Origin: Defluviitaleaceae bacterium | GTDB taxonomy: Bacteria; Bacillota; Clostridia; Lachnospirales; WQUN01 | Assembly (NCBI GenBank): GCA_009785605.1 | Contig: WQVY01000004.1 | Span: 977 to 64,976 of the forward strand | Direction: 5' to 3' | Length of the DNA: 64,000 bases | In this document: piece by piece, positions 46,547 through 55,281 of the stretch | Numbering within the stretch: position 1 is the stretch's first letter | Layout: each line of letters opens with the position of its first letter | Made by a program: the position numbers and the translations under genes | Notes under the pieces: model-generated | The model's database searches: none | What the model was told of the DNA's origin: nothing | The model's input: only the letters and a program-made list of their open reading frames with translations

Positions 46547-47863
46547 ATGACGAATGAATCAAGGATTCTTATTAAAAATGGGCGAGTACTAGACCCAGCC
46601 AACGAGACAGATGCAGTGATGGATATTTTTATAGAAAATGGTGAAATCCGCGAAACCGGCGTTAATCTTGAACATGAGAGTTGTGTGAAAATTATAGACG
46701 CCACAGATATGTGGGTAGTCCCTGGGCTAATAGACATGCATGTCCACTTGCGAGACCCTGGTGGGCATCATAAAGAAACCATACAAACTGGCACGCTTGC
46801 CGCTGCCGCCGGCGGTTTTACAACCATATGCCCTATGGCAAACACAGACCCAGTAACAGACACAGCCGATGCTGTTGAATATATACTCTCGACTGCGGAA
46901 AGGGAAGGTGTCGTGCACATTGTCCCTATAGGAAGTGTTACCAAGGGCCTACTTGGGCAAGAGTTAAGCGCTATAGGTGAGATGCAGGCAACAGGAATAT
47001 GCGCAATAAGCGATGACGGTAAAGCAGTGGCAGACGCAGCCCTGTTTAAGACCGCACTCTATTATGCCGCAAAACTAGAACTGCCGGTTCTAACCCACGC
47101 AGAAGACCATAAACTGACGGGCAAAGGGCAAATAGGCGCCGGCCCCCACGCCAAAAAGCTGGGCTTGACAGGCATTCCCAACGAGTCTGAAGAAATAATG
47201 ATATCACGCGATATAATTTTAGCCCGCGCAACAGGAGCACATCTTCATATATGTCATGTTAGCACAGCAGAAGGGGTGGTACACATGCGTGCGGCAAAAG
47301 AGCAAGGGCTACCCATAACAGCAGAAGCTTGCCCACACCACTTTATGCTTGCAGATGAAGATATCCCTGACTGTGACACCAATTATAAGATGAGCCCACC
47401 GCTAAGAAGCCGAAAAGACGTAGAGGCCATTAAGGCTGCATTAAAAGACGGCACAATATGTGTTATAGCAACAGACCATGCCCCTCATCACGAAGACGAC
47501 AAAAATGGAGAGTTCGAACAAGCCGCAAACGGCATAATAGGGCTTGAGACCGCTGTCCCACTTTGCATAACCGAGTTAGTACACACAGATATCCTTACCC
47601 CGTTAGAGCTAATAAAAAAGCTAACCGTAAACCCTGCGAGCATCTTGGGGCTTGATAAGGGGACTCTAAGCATAGGCAAGATGGCAGATGTGACTGTAAT
47701 AGACCCGAATATGCAATATAGCATAGATAAGGAAACCTTCCTCTCTAAAAGCCGTAACACCCCATTCCATGGCAGAGAGGTACGCGGGAAGGTTGTGTAT
47801 ACATTGGTAAACGGTAAAATTGTATATGAGTATAAAGAGGAGGGTAAACAAGATGTTAATTGA
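46547..47863 (+). CDS. pyrC: dihydroorotase
   Basis: Contains the DMHVHLRDPG metal-binding motif and ATDHAPH. Confidence 0.9.
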   Translation: MTNESRILIKNGRVLDPANETDAVMDIFIENGEIRETGVNLEHESCVKIIDATDMWVVPGLIDMHVHLRDPGGHHKETIQTGTLAAAAGGFTTICPMANTDPVTDTADAVEYILSTAEREGVVHIVPIGSVTKGLLGQELSAIGEMQATGICAISDDGKAVADAALFKTALYYAAKLELPVLTHAEDHKLTGKGQIGAGPHAKKLGLTGIPNESEEIMISRDIILARATGAHLHICHVSTAEGVVHMRAAKEQGLPITAEACPHHFMLADEDIPDCDTNYKMSPPLRSRKDVEAIKAALKDGTICVIATDHAPHHEDDKNGEFEQAANGIIGLETAVPLCITELVHTDILTPLELIKKLTVNPASILGLDKGTLSIGKMADVTVIDPNMQYSIDKETFLSKSRNTPFHGREVRGKVVYTLVNGKIVYEYKEEGKQDVN

Positions 47864-48773
47864 CAAGTTGGTAAAGAAGATTAAGACACTCAACGCACCC
47901 ATAGTTGTAGGGCTTGACCCAAGGCTTAGCCAAATACCCGGCTATATAAAGGATGCCGTATACGAAGCTCAAGAAAAAACCCCAGAAGCCGCGGCAGAAA
48001 TTATACTCACATTCAACCAAGCCATAATTGACAGTGTGTGTGATATTGTGCCCGCAGTAAAACCACAAATAGCCATGTACGAACAGTACGGGGCAGCAGG
48101 GATATCGTGTTATTTTAGGACAGTAGAATATGCCAAGTCCAAGGGTTTAATAGTCATAGGCGATATAAAACGCGGCGATATAGCCTCTACAGCAGAAGCA
48201 TACTCCAACGCACATATAGGCATGACCAATATAGAGGGTGAGGAGTTTACAGCATCAACCGACTTTATAACCGTAAACCCATATATGGGCTACGACTCCA
48301 TAGAGCCATATTTGTCTGATTGTAAAAAACATGACAAGGGGCTATTTGTACTGGTTAAGACCTCCAACCCATCTAGCAGCCAAATCCAAGATTTAAAGAC
48401 AGCAGATGAGCGGCCGGTATATGCCCATGTAGGCGACTTGGTAAGCGAATGGGGTAGGGGATTAATTGGCGAATCGGGTTTTAGCAATATAGGAGCTGTA
48501 GTGGGTGCCACACATCCCGAAGAAGGTAAAATCCTAAGAGATGCAATGCCTCATACTTTTTTCTTAGTACCAGGTTATGGCGCACAGGGCGGTAAAGCCG
48601 CTGACCTTTCTGGGATGCTAAACAAAGATGGCCTTGGGATAATTGTTAACAACTCTCGCGGTATAACAGGCGCATTTTTATCTGAAAAATATAAAAGCAA
48701 CGAGAAGGATTTTGCTCAAGCGGCTAGGGCAGCCGTACTAGATATGAAGGCAGACCTGGAGGCAAACCTATGA
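47853..48773 (+). CDS. pyrF: orotidine 5'-phosphate decarboxylase (long type 2 form)
   Basis: I chose the ATG at 47853 because GAGGAGGG lies at 47837-47844. Contains VGLDP and GDIKRGDI motifs. It overlaps the pyrC end by 11 nt. Confidence 0.9.
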   Translation: MLIDKLVKKIKTLNAPIVVGLDPRLSQIPGYIKDAVYEAQEKTPEAAAEIILTFNQAIIDSVCDIVPAVKPQIAMYEQYGAAGISCYFRTVEYAKSKGLIVIGDIKRGDIASTAEAYSNAHIGMTNIEGEEFTASTDFITVNPYMGYDSIEPYLSDCKKHDKGLFVLVKTSNPSSSQIQDLKTADERPVYAHVGDLVSEWGRGLIGESGFSNIGAVVGATHPEEGKILRDAMPHTFFLVPGYGAQGGKAADLSGMLNKDGLGIIVNNSRGITGAFLSEKYKSNEKDFAQAARAAVLDMKADLEANL

Positions 48774-49540
48774 AGCATCATGTCCATGCAAAAATAGAAA
48801 CTCACGGCCATACAAATACTCACGGGAGCGATATACACATCATGCGCATACACGCGCCTGATATAGCTAAAAATGCCAGACCCGGGCAGTTTGTTATGGT
48901 GTATTTGGATAAGGGCGAACATCTTTTGCCTAGGCCCATAAGCCTCCACGATGTGGACAAGACCAAAGGGCTAATCACATTGGTTTATATCGTAGCTGGC
49001 GCTGGTACAAAAATCATGAGTCAATGGCCGGCTGGGCATATCGTGCGAGTACTTGGCCCACTTGGGAATGGGTTTGACATAGACAATTGCCGCGCTGGTG
49101 ATAAAGTTGCGCTAGTGGGTGGTGGACTTGGTGCACCGCCACTATATTACCTTGCCTTGGAGCTAAAAAAAATGGGTGTAAATGTGGATGTATACCTAGG
49201 CTTTCGTAAAGATACACCAGTACTCACCGGATGTTTTGAAAGTTTGTGTGTTAACCTGGCTATAGCAACAGAAGACGGAAGCGCTGGGCACAAAGGTTAT
49301 GTGACCGATTTGCTTCCCCATGACCCCACATACACAACCATACTGTCCTGCGGCCCTGCACCAATGTTAAAGGCACTTTCGACATACGCCAACGCCAAAA
49401 ACATCCCATGCCAGATATCTGTAGAGGAACGCATGGCCTGTGGAATAGGCGCGTGCAAGGGCTGTGTTGTAAAAACATTGGTAGGCTACCGGCTGTGTTG
49501 TACAGAGGGCCCGGTATTCGATAGTAAGGAGGTGTATTAA
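48770..49540 (+). CDS. pyrK: dihydroorotate dehydrogenase electron-transfer subunit
   Basis: An FAD/NAD-binding fold with a C-terminal 2Fe-2S cluster motif (CGIGACKGCV). Confidence 0.9.
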   Translation: MKHHVHAKIETHGHTNTHGSDIHIMRIHAPDIAKNARPGQFVMVYLDKGEHLLPRPISLHDVDKTKGLITLVYIVAGAGTKIMSQWPAGHIVRVLGPLGNGFDIDNCRAGDKVALVGGGLGAPPLYYLALELKKMGVNVDVYLGFRKDTPVLTGCFESLCVNLAIATEDGSAGHKGYVTDLLPHDPTYTTILSCGPAPMLKALSTYANAKNIPCQISVEERMACGIGACKGCVVKTLVGYRLCCTEGPVFDSKEVY

Positions 49541-50442
49541 TGAAAAAGCTTAACGTAAGCTTAGCCGGGGTAAACCTCAAAAACCCCGTAGTCACAGCTT
49601 CTGGCACATTTGGGAGTGGCATGGAATACAGCCAACTCATAGACCTCAACCGCCTTGGTGGTATAACCGTAAAAGGTGTATCACACGAGCCATGGGACGG
49701 CAACCCACCTCACCGCGTAGCAGAAACATATGGCGGGATGCTTAATGCAATAGGCTTACAAAACCCAAGCGCCAAAGCCTTCATAGATGACGAACTGCCG
49801 TTTTTGCGAAAGTACGATACAAAGATAATAGTAAACCTGTGTGGGCGCACGGTTGAAGATTTGGTAGCAGTAACAGAAGACTTTAGCGGCGTAGACATTG
49901 ACCTATACGAACTTAATATATCTTGCCCCAACGTAGCAGGGACCCCAATAATAGGCACAGACCCAACAGAGGCAAAAAAAGCAACCAAGGCCGTTGTTGC
50001 CCGTGCAAATGCCCCAGTAATCGTAAAACTAACCCCCAATGTTACCAACATTGCAGATATAGCCAAAGCCTGTGAAGAAGGGGGCGCAGCAGGGATATCA
50101 CTAATAAACTCCGTACTAGGCATGAAAATTGATATCCGCAAAAAAAAGCCACTTTTGGGCAATATTATGGGCGGGCTTTCCGGCCCGGCTATAAAACCCA
50201 TAGCGCTGCGCATGGTGTACCAGGTAGCAAAAGCCGTTAACATTCCTATCTTGGGCATGGGTGGCATCATGACAGGTGAAGACGCAATTGAGTTTATAAT
50301 GGCCGGCGCAACGGCTGTGGCGGTAGGTACAGCCAACTTTGTTAACCCACGCGCCACTCTGGATATACTCGAAGGCATAGAAACATTTATGAATGAAGAA
50401 AATATAACCGATATAAACCAACTAAGGGGGATAATATTATGA
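49540..50442 (+). CDS. pyrD: dihydroorotate dehydrogenase 1B catalytic subunit
   Basis: Contains NPVVTASGTFG, NISCPN and GGI..G.DA motifs. Confidence 0.95.
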   Translation: MKKLNVSLAGVNLKNPVVTASGTFGSGMEYSQLIDLNRLGGITVKGVSHEPWDGNPPHRVAETYGGMLNAIGLQNPSAKAFIDDELPFLRKYDTKIIVNLCGRTVEDLVAVTEDFSGVDIDLYELNISCPNVAGTPIIGTDPTEAKKATKAVVARANAPVIVKLTPNVTNIADIAKACEEGGAAGISLINSVLGMKIDIRKKKPLLGNIMGGLSGPAIKPIALRMVYQVAKAVNIPILGMGGIMTGEDAIEFIMAGATAVAVGTANFVNPRATLDILEGIETFMNEENITDINQLRGIIL

Positions 50443-51005
50443 GTCAAGTAGAAAAAATTTTGACCGAAACCGGTGCGTTATTAAACGGCCATTTTAAACT
50501 AACGTCTGGCCGCCACGGTGCGCAATACATGCAGTGCGCAAAAGTACTGCAGTATCCGGAGCATACTGCGTATATAGCACAAGTTATGGCTGATGGTTTT
50601 AAAGGTGAAGAAGTAGATATTGTACTTGCCCCAGCCATAGGTGGGATAGTTATAGGGTATGAACTAGCCCGTGCACTAGGTGCAAAAAGCATGTTTACGG
50701 AACGTGAAGACGGAAAAATGACCCTTCGCCGTGGGTTTGAGATACCCAAGGGCGCAAGGGTCATAATAGCGGAAGACGTAGTTACAACAGGCGGCAGCAC
50801 TCGTGAAGTAATGGCAATTGCAAAAGAGCATGGCGCAGATATTGTTGGCGTATGCATAATGGTAGACCGTACCGGCGGCCAGCTTGACCTGGGTGTTAAA
50901 CTTGTTTCTGCTTACTCGAAAGCCATAGCCTCGTATGAGCCAGACGAATGCCCACTGTGCAAAGAAGGTTTGCCTATTGTTAAGCCCGGCAGCAGGAATA
51001 TATAG
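50439..51005 (+). CDS. pyrE: orotate phosphoribosyltransferase
   Basis: The PRPP-binding motif is VIIAEDVVTTGGS. Confidence 0.9.
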   Translation: MSQVEKILTETGALLNGHFKLTSGRHGAQYMQCAKVLQYPEHTAYIAQVMADGFKGEEVDIVLAPAIGGIVIGYELARALGAKSMFTEREDGKMTLRRGFEIPKGARVIIAEDVVTTGGSTREVMAIAKEHGADIVGVCIMVDRTGGQLDLGVKLVSAYSKAIASYEPDECPLCKEGLPIVKPGSRNI

Positions 51006-51043
51006 GCTATTCATACTTTACAAGTGTAGAGGGAGGCATAAGC

Positions 51044-51262
51044 ATGCCAAAATACGACTTGCATTGCCCAAAATGTAACCGTGAATACAATATATGGGCA
51101 TCCATGACAGATAAATCAGAAAAACGTATCCCCTGCCCAGATTGCGGCTCTTTTGAGTTGGAAACGGTGTTTAAAGCAGCACCTGCGTATGTTAAAGGCG
51201 GCAAAGCAGTTAGTTGCCCGCAAAGGGCGAGTTGCGGCACTGCTTGCCCACATGCGGGTTAA
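51044..51262 (+). CDS. FmdB-family zinc-ribbon protein
   Basis: MPKYDLHCPKCNREY ... CPDCGS matches the CxxC...CxxC zinc-ribbon family signature. The C-terminus is Cys-rich. Confidence 0.7.
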   Translation: MPKYDLHCPKCNREYNIWASMTDKSEKRIPCPDCGSFELETVFKAAPAYVKGGKAVSCPQRASCGTACPHAG

Positions 51263-51825
51263 AGCAAATTCTCCAACAATATCCAAACACCCATAAGTAC
51301 GAGAACGATACCGCCGGCCAATGTAGCTTTGGAATGAAGCTTTGCGCCAAAAATACTGCCAATGCGCACCCCTACTATAGATATAGTAAAAGTCATAACT
51401 CCAATAAACAGCACGGCAGGTATTATGTTCACATACAAAAATGCCAGCGGGACCCCAACGGCCAACGCATCAATACTTGTACCCAGCGCAAGCGGAAGCA
51501 TTGCCATGGGTGCAAGTGAAGCTTCTTTTGTATGTGTAAGGCAAGTTTTGTTTGTTTTTATGCTTCCAATTACCATCCTGCCACCGATTATGGCCAATAC
51601 AACAAATGCAACCCAATGGCTAAAAGCCGTAATAAGTCCTGCAAAGCGCGATGCGGCAAGGTACCCTATAAGTGGCATTATTCCTTGAAAAAAGCCGAAG
51701 TATAACCCCACAATCAATACCTTTTTTACCGTTATGCTAACCAACCCAAGCCCAATTATCGCAGCCACAGCAAACGCATCCATAGAAAGCCCTACAGCCA
51801 ACATAAATAACTCTATAAAGTTCAT
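51259..51825 (-). CDS. mntP: manganese efflux pump MntP
   Basis: A 188-aa six-TM protein with duplicated LSMDAFAV / TSIDALAVG motifs. Its stop overlaps the convergent zinc-ribbon gene by 4 nt. Confidence 0.85.
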   Translation of the reverse strand: MNFIELFMLAVGLSMDAFAVAAIIGLGLVSITVKKVLIVGLYFGFFQGIMPLIGYLAASRFAGLITAFSHWVAFVVLAIIGGRMVIGSIKTNKTCLTHTKEASLAPMAMLPLALGTSIDALAVGVPLAFLYVNIIPAVLFIGVMTFTISIVGVRIGSIFGAKLHSKATLAGGIVLVLMGVWILLENLL

Positions 51826-51881
51826 TTGTACCTCCTGGCGGAAATCATACCATATGATTATCCGCCATTTTACATATTAGT

Positions 51882-53828
51882 TCAATAGACTTTAACCCAC
51901 TCAACATTACGCATACGGTTTATAGCCGCCACTAGTTCAAAAGGACGAGGCAAATCCATAAACCGCTCCATTGATGTGAAGAAGCCGGTGTCTATAATGT
52001 TTAAGCCGTCCTTTTCGATTTTATCATACAAGCTTTTAACCCATCCCAAGGTATCTACTGCACCTTCGATGGGTTTATTGTTGTCCGCTGAAGAGCTAGT
52101 GTGTTTATGCTTTAAGCCGCGCATAGACAGTGCAAGTCTTTCAAGGTCATTCAGGCTGTCGGTGGTTATGGCCAAGTATCTTAGCATAAACGCCAATGCA
52201 TTAACCTGAGCCGGGGTGGATATGTCATGAAGGTTGCGGATATCTATACGTTCGTCGCCAATAACAATAAAGCCTGTGTCTGATATATATAGCTTCTCCC
52301 TCCCGCTACCTGCGGGATAAGACGACAGGCTGTTTTCTATAAATTGACGATGTACTTGCCAGTATGCATCACCAGTAGGTATATTGCTTGCATATGCCAG
52401 CGCACGGGACTTTAATGTTACATCGCTCATAACAAACTCATCCATCATATAAACTTTATCCGCAACGTACAAATACTCCCCACTTCCGCCTATTACCAAA
52501 ATTGTGGAGGTCCCCATCTTAGCGAGCTCACACACTCTGTCTGTAAAAGGCGTGATAGGTTCTTTTTCGATTAATTGCTTCATTGTAGCATCGCGGATCA
52601 TAAAATTGGTGGCACTACGGTCCTCGTCTATCAACAATAGCTTCGTACCTGCGTCTACGGCCTCCATTATATTGGCCGCTTGGGATGTAGAGCCACTGGC
52701 ATGCGATGTAGAAAACAATTTTGGGTCGCCACCGGGTATCCATTTTATAAACGGTGAGATATTAAGATACGACACCGCACGGCCATCTTCGGCAGTTATT
52801 GTAGCGGCGGTGTCGTGTGTTATGCAAAGCTCGCGACCGTCACTTGCCACATGATTATATATCCCAGCAGAAATAGCATTGAGCACAGTAGACTTACCAG
52901 AGTACCCGCCGCCGGTTACTACCGTAACGCCGCGCTTTATGCCCATCCCACGTACACCGGCAATTATGATTTCGTCTTCCGGCGGGCTTTGGAAGGGTAG
53001 GGCGCTTGTCATTGGGGCATTGGTGCCGCGCTCCCTGGCTAAGATGCTTCCGTTTGCAATAAATACGCAGTAATCACCCATATGCAAGAAATTGCGTATG
53101 GCTTGTTGGGTTTCTTCCAGTTTATATACCGCTTCAAGCACCTGTTTGTCAAAACCTCTAATAAAACGCTCTGTCGCAGCCGGTAATTGCTTGCACAGCA
53201 TAGTCTTAGCGCGGTCGAGTTTAAGATACGGCAATTGCACCTCTATACGGATATTAAGACACATACACCCCGGCAGCGGCTCTTTGTCCGGGTCTACATA
53301 AATGGTATTGCCCTTGCCATCTTCGTAGTACCTGTCTGGGATGTTTGCAAAGAAAGCTGCGTTCCTGGCAAGTACAACGGGGCCTGGGTCATATACAATA
53401 AATTTGCCGTTGTCCCGGTCTGGGCGGGAAGGATTGGCATACTCGCCATTGATTTTTTCGAAATACGGCGTAATTGCGCGTAGGCAATAATCCGCAGCGG
53501 CAGTAGTAAGACGGCTAATGCCCAATTTTGCCACAGGGATGGATATGGTGACAGTAGGCCGGTCAAGGGCCAGCTTGTGCGTGCGGGCAATGGTATAGGC
53601 TATGCCGTTTAGCCAGAATGTAGGCTCGTTGTGCACGCGGGCTGGGTGTAAACGGTTTAAAAGCACCATATGGCACTCGGCATCATATAGTTCTTTTAAC
53701 ACATGGTTCCTACTGTCGGTATCGTAGTCATAGTAGCGGTAGGTTGTTGTGTTCTTGTCTGGGATTTTACTCATGTACCAGTGTAGTCTTTTTAACAAAT
53801 AGCATTCTCCTTTTATGTAGCAATTCAC
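51882..53828 (-). CDS. ABC_ATPase-family protein ('predicted ATPase of the ABC class'), function unknown
   Basis: VTGGGYSGKSTVLNAISAGIYNHVASDGRE matches the family hallmark GGG.(H/S)GKST.L.A...G.YNH.PGDGRE. The likely true start is the TTG at 53798 (AAGGAG 8 nt upstream) or the ATG at 53774. Confidence 0.75.
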   Translation of the reverse strand: MNCYIKGECYLLKRLHWYMSKIPDKNTTTYRYYDYDTDSRNHVLKELYDAECHMVLLNRLHPARVHNEPTFWLNGIAYTIARTHKLALDRPTVTISIPVAKLGISRLTTAAADYCLRAITPYFEKINGEYANPSRPDRDNGKFIVYDPGPVVLARNAAFFANIPDRYYEDGKGNTIYVDPDKEPLPGCMCLNIRIEVQLPYLKLDRAKTMLCKQLPAATERFIRGFDKQVLEAVYKLEETQQAIRNFLHMGDYCVFIANGSILARERGTNAPMTSALPFQSPPEDEIIIAGVRGMGIKRGVTVVTGGGYSGKSTVLNAISAGIYNHVASDGRELCITHDTAATITAEDGRAVSYLNISPFIKWIPGGDPKLFSTSHASGSTSQAANIMEAVDAGTKLLLIDEDRSATNFMIRDATMKQLIEKEPITPFTDRVCELAKMGTSTILVIGGSGEYLYVADKVYMMDEFVMSDVTLKSRALAYASNIPTGDAYWQVHRQFIENSLSSYPAGSGREKLYISDTGFIVIGDERIDIRNLHDISTPAQVNALAFMLRYLAITTDSLNDLERLALSMRGLKHKHTSSSADNNKPIEGAVDTLGWVKSLYDKIEKDGLNIIDTGFFTSMERFMDLPRPFELVAAINRMRNVEWVKVY

Positions 53829-53938
53829 CCTTTAAACGGTCCCGCCCGAGCCAAAAATAGCGGACGTTTCAACGCTTTTTTGGCAACAGGCGGGGCTGCT
53901 TTAAAATTGAATTGCTATAGCAAGGAGAGTGGGACAAT

Positions 53939-53967
53939 AAAAAACGCCGCTAATAAACTCAGCGGCG
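53939..53967 (-). terminator. intrinsic terminator of a small independent transcription unit
   Basis: On the minus strand: CGCCGCT, a 9-nt loop, AGCGGCG, then TTTTTT. Confidence 0.65.
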
Positions 53968-54033
53968 CTCTAACAAGACCTGGTTTTATATTCGCAGTGG
54001 CAAACGAATATCAGATATCATGAAACGCTCAAA

Positions 54034-54111
54034 TCACAAGCGCTTACACAAAGCCAAGGCCGGCACGGACAAACTGAATCTATTTTCGTATCGAATTATC
54101 GGTGTTTTCAT
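54034..54111 (-). CDS. candidate 25-aa small ORF (MKTPIIRYENRFSLSVPALALCKRL)
   Basis: AAGGAGGT lies 8 nt upstream of the ATG at 54111. It is followed about 65 nt later by the terminator at 53939-53967. It shows no similarity to anything I recognise. Confidence 0.3.
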   Translation of the reverse strand: MKTPIIRYENRFSLSVPALALCKRL

Positions 54112-54417
54112 AATTGCCCTACCTCCTTGTATTGCGAGTTAACTCGCGTGTATTTGTTAATAGTAAAGCACATATGAAACAAAAAAGCAAATTTTCGTGC
54201 CCAGCGACAAAAAGGTTTATCGGTATCATCAAAACCAGGTTAATGCAGACCGTTTAAAGGTGCGATTGCTTTAACTGTTGCCTGTATACCACAAGTAAGT
54301 TAAAATAGGATGTGAGTGATTTTAGGAACAAAATATTTTCTACAAAATCTACAAATCAAACCCGCCACTACAGCAGAGCCAAGCGGTAGTGCGGAGTATG
54401 AAAGGAATGTATAGCAC

Positions 54418-54909
54418 ATGGCGCAAACAAACAGCGACACTACTTTGTACGCAAAGCTAGACGAGTTTATCGACAGCTTGCAAACAAAGCAGGGGGCACT
54501 GATACCGGTCCTCCACAAGGCGCAGGAGATCTTCAGCTATCTGCCCAAAGAAGTGCAGAACCACGTAGCACACAAGCTGGAAATCCCATCGTCTAAGGTA
54601 TACGGCGTGGTGACATTCTACTCGTATTTCACCATGACCAAGAAGGGTAAGTATCGCGTAAGCGTATGCATGGGTACACCATGCTTCGTGCGCGGCGCAG
54701 ACAAAGTTCTGGCAAAATTTGAAAGCGAGCTTAAAATCAAAGCCGGGACAACCTCCGAAGACGGAATGTACTCCATAGATGCATTGCGCTGTGTTGGCGC
54801 TTGTGGTCTGGCGCCGGTTGTTATTGTAAACGGCAAGGTATACGGCCGCATCCAAGACAATGACGTTGAAGGCGTAATAAAAGACTTTTTGGCGGAGGTG
54901 GAAGCATGA
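54418..54909 (+). CDS. hydC: [FeFe]-hydrogenase NuoE-like 2Fe-2S subunit (HydC)
   Basis: A thioredoxin-like 2Fe-2S protein with Cys motifs VCMGTPCF ... CVGACGLAP. Confidence 0.9.
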   Translation: MAQTNSDTTLYAKLDEFIDSLQTKQGALIPVLHKAQEIFSYLPKEVQNHVAHKLEIPSSKVYGVVTFYSYFTMTKKGKYRVSVCMGTPCFVRGADKVLAKFESELKIKAGTTSEDGMYSIDALRCVGACGLAPVVIVNGKVYGRIQDNDVEGVIKDFLAEVEA

Positions 54910-55280
54910 TAAAATCACGCGAAGACCTAATGAACTTACGAAACAAATACAGGGACGATGTAATTATGCGTCTTATCTCCTATGATTCCTCTAACCGCAC
55001 AGAAGTAATGGTAGGCATGGCAGATTGCGGCATTGCCGCAGGTGCCAGGGACACCCTTAAAGTGCTCTTTGACGAGGTCAACAACGCCAGGTTGGAAGAT
55101 GTTTCGGTAATAGCAGTAGACTGTATGGGCAACTGCGACAACGAGCCTATAGTGCAAATATCAACCCCTGGCAAACCTGTAATACGATACAAAAAGGTAG
55201 ACACCGCCCTGGCAAAAGAAATAGTAGCCAAGCACCTGGTAGGCGGGAGTATCTTAGACCACGCAAGGATGGAGGTATAA
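54906..55280 (+). CDS. small thioredoxin-like (2Fe-2S) ferredoxin-domain subunit
   Basis: Contains GMADCGIAAG ... CMGNCDNEP. It sits between the NuoE-like and NuoF-like genes, as in four-gene hyd operons. Confidence 0.75.
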   Translation: MIKSREDLMNLRNKYRDDVIMRLISYDSSNRTEVMVGMADCGIAAGARDTLKVLFDEVNNARLEDVSVIAVDCMGNCDNEPIVQISTPGKPVIRYKKVDTALAKEIVAKHLVGGSILDHARMEV

Positions 55281-55281
55281 C

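Noticed and set aside
49710-50447. 245-aa ORF on the minus strand
   Set aside because: It lies entirely antisense to pyrD, whose motifs are unambiguous. The sequence is low-complexity and Ser/Ala/Pro-rich, has no RBS, and is typical of a shadow ORF.
51826-51881. Looked for a yybP-ykoY manganese riboswitch upstream of mntP
   Set aside because: Only 56 nt separate mntP from the upstream gene, which is too short for that riboswitch. The spacer contains just one bulged hairpin (GGCGGAAATCATA / TATGATTATCCGCC) abutting the RBS, with no U-tract.
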